A stretch of DNA of 227 nt from Escherichia coli (GTDB taxonomy: Bacteria > Pseudomonadota > Gammaproteobacteria > Enterobacterales > Enterobacteriaceae). The notes below the pieces were generated by a model that searched no databases, was not told the DNA's origin, and worked only from the letters and a program-made list of their open reading frames with translations. A program made the position numbers and the translations under genes. The DNA lies in NCBI RefSeq assembly GCF_003334335.1, contig NZ_QOWQ01000235.1; one strand, given 5' to 3'. Below, one piece after another: positions 1 through 227 of this stretch; position 1 is the first letter of the stretch; each line of letters starts with the position of its first letter.

Positions 1-58
1 CTAGTGCGGCAATAATGTATGTTCCGATGCTGTAAATTTCCCCGGGTACCAGCCTTCC
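1..58 (-). other. Start of a non-collagenous C-terminal segment ([19 protein letters not shown]...) immediately after the last Gly-X-Y triplet; continues beyond window position 1.
   Basis: Gly periodicity is lost after G57 (next Gly are at residues 62 and 68). Composition switches to hydrophobic/aromatic residues (I, Y, L, A, V), and local GC falls from about 67% (positions 41-227) to about 40% (positions 1-40) by hand count. Confidence 0.55.
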
Positions 59-227
59 GGTTGGCCCTTGTGGTCCCTGTGGTCCGGGTTCACCTGTCGG
101 GCCCTGTGGACCTGTCGGGCCCTGTCTTCCTGTTTCTCCCTGCAAACCTCGTGGCCCCGTTTTACCCGCAGGACCTGCCGGACCAACCGGCCCCGGAACA
201 CCCTGTGCCCCCGCTGGTCCCCTTTCA
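1..227 (-). CDS. Partial CDS (both ends outside the window) for a collagen-like triple-helix repeat protein; reading frame has codons at window 226..224, 223..221, ... 4..2. No start or stop codon in the window.
   Basis: Hand translation of the reverse complement gives 75 codons with no stop. Gly occupies every third position for 19 consecutive positions (G3 to G57), giving 18 complete G-X-Y triplets, then periodicity ends at [19 protein letters not shown]. The truncated upstream codon ends in T, compatible with GGT (Gly), so the repeat probably continues beyond position 227. Such strict 3-residue Gly periodicity is not expected by chance. Confidence 0.8.
   Translation of the reverse strand, partial: KGDQRGHRVFRGRLVRQVLRVKRGHEVCREKQEDRARQVHRARQVNPDHRDHKGQPEGWYPGKFTASEHTLLPH
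56..227 (-). repeat. Collagen-like Gly-X-Y coding repeat region (protein-level repeat, period 9 nt), probably continuing past the window edge at 227.
   Basis: Triplets in order: [54 protein letters not shown], then a 19th Gly. X is Pro in 11 of 18 triplets; Y is Gln 6, Thr 5, Ala 3, Pro 2, Val 1, Arg 1. The + strand here is strongly C/T-rich, as expected for the antisense of GGN-CCN-NNN codons. Confidence 0.8.
93..125. repeat. Perfect 15-bp direct repeat (cctgtcgggccctgt on the + strand) at 93-107 and 111-125, separated by 3 bp (period 18 nt), lying inside the collagen-like CDS.
   Basis: Read directly from the sequence. On the coding (minus) strand the unit is cagggcccgacaggt, encoding Q-G-P-T-G twice within [12 protein letters not shown]. 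Confidence 0.85.

Noticed and set aside
1-40. The AT-richer stretch (about 40% GC) as an intergenic or promoter region, with the gene ending near position 55.
   Set aside because: The collagen-like frame continues through this stretch without a stop (…[14 protein letters not shown]) and no stop codon occurs in that frame. The composition change is explained by the switch from Gly/Pro codons to hydrophobic-residue codons.
41-50. Overlapping SmaI (cccggg) and KpnI (ggtacc) sites; on the minus strand ggtacccgggga matches 12 bp of the pUC-type polylinker, suggesting possible vector contamination.
   Set aside because: The flanks do not match the polylinker (aaggct upstream and aattt downstream, versus gagctc and tcctct in pUC). 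The motif lies in-frame within the continuous ORF, encoding L-V-P-G-E. A short GC-rich match in Gly/Pro-coding sequence is plausibly coincidental.
72-131. Periodic short direct repeats as a possible CRISPR array or non-coding satellite.
   Set aside because: The period is 9/18 nt with no spacer-like unique intervals, and the repeats fall entirely in an open reading frame with codon-level Gly-X-Y structure. This is a coding repeat.
1-201. The supplied 66-aa minus-strand ORF (MFRGRLVRQ...LLPH; GTG start at 201..199, TAG stop at 3..1) as a real gene or an overlapping gene.
   Set aside because: It is a +1 frame read-through of the Gly-X-Y codons, giving Arg/Gln/His-rich low-complexity sequence. 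The frame is also open upstream of the GTG (201..225), so the start is arbitrary. Antisense and shifted frames of GGN-CCN repeats are commonly stop-free. A genuine overlapping gene cannot be excluded without conservation data but is the less parsimonious reading.
36-227. Open frame on the + strand (frame 3, after TAA at 33..35) encoding a Pro/Cys/Gly-rich peptide ([24 protein letters not shown]...).
   Set aside because: It is the antisense of the collagen-like repeat and lacks regular Gly-X-Y periodicity. The minus-strand frame has perfect periodicity over 18 triplets and is the better explanation.
56-227. A vertebrate fibrillar collagen exon.
   Set aside because: Pro is scarce at Y (2 of 18) while Thr/Gln are abundant, and no splice-site-like boundaries appear across at least 165 bp of continuous repeat. 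It is not formally excluded without a database search.

Overview
The 227-bp window is essentially one partial protein-coding region on the minus strand, open at both ends, encoding a collagen-like Gly-X-Y triple-helix repeat that runs into the start of a non-collagenous C-terminal segment. This frame is not in the supplied ORF track. Hand translation of the reverse complement (codons ending at window position 2) gives [75 protein letters not shown]. The 66-aa ORF in the track lies in a different frame of the same strand and is most likely a wrong-frame artefact of the repeat. The Gly-X-Y composition (Pro mainly at X; Thr/Gln rather than Pro at Y) resembles bacterial or phage collagen-like proteins more than animal collagens. 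I see no RNA gene, CRISPR array, mobile-element end, promoter or terminator. No multi-gene system can be supported from 227 bp; what this protein belongs to (phage tail fibre, spore or cell-surface fibre, or other) can only be settled from flanking sequence. All counts were made by hand and no database search was possible.
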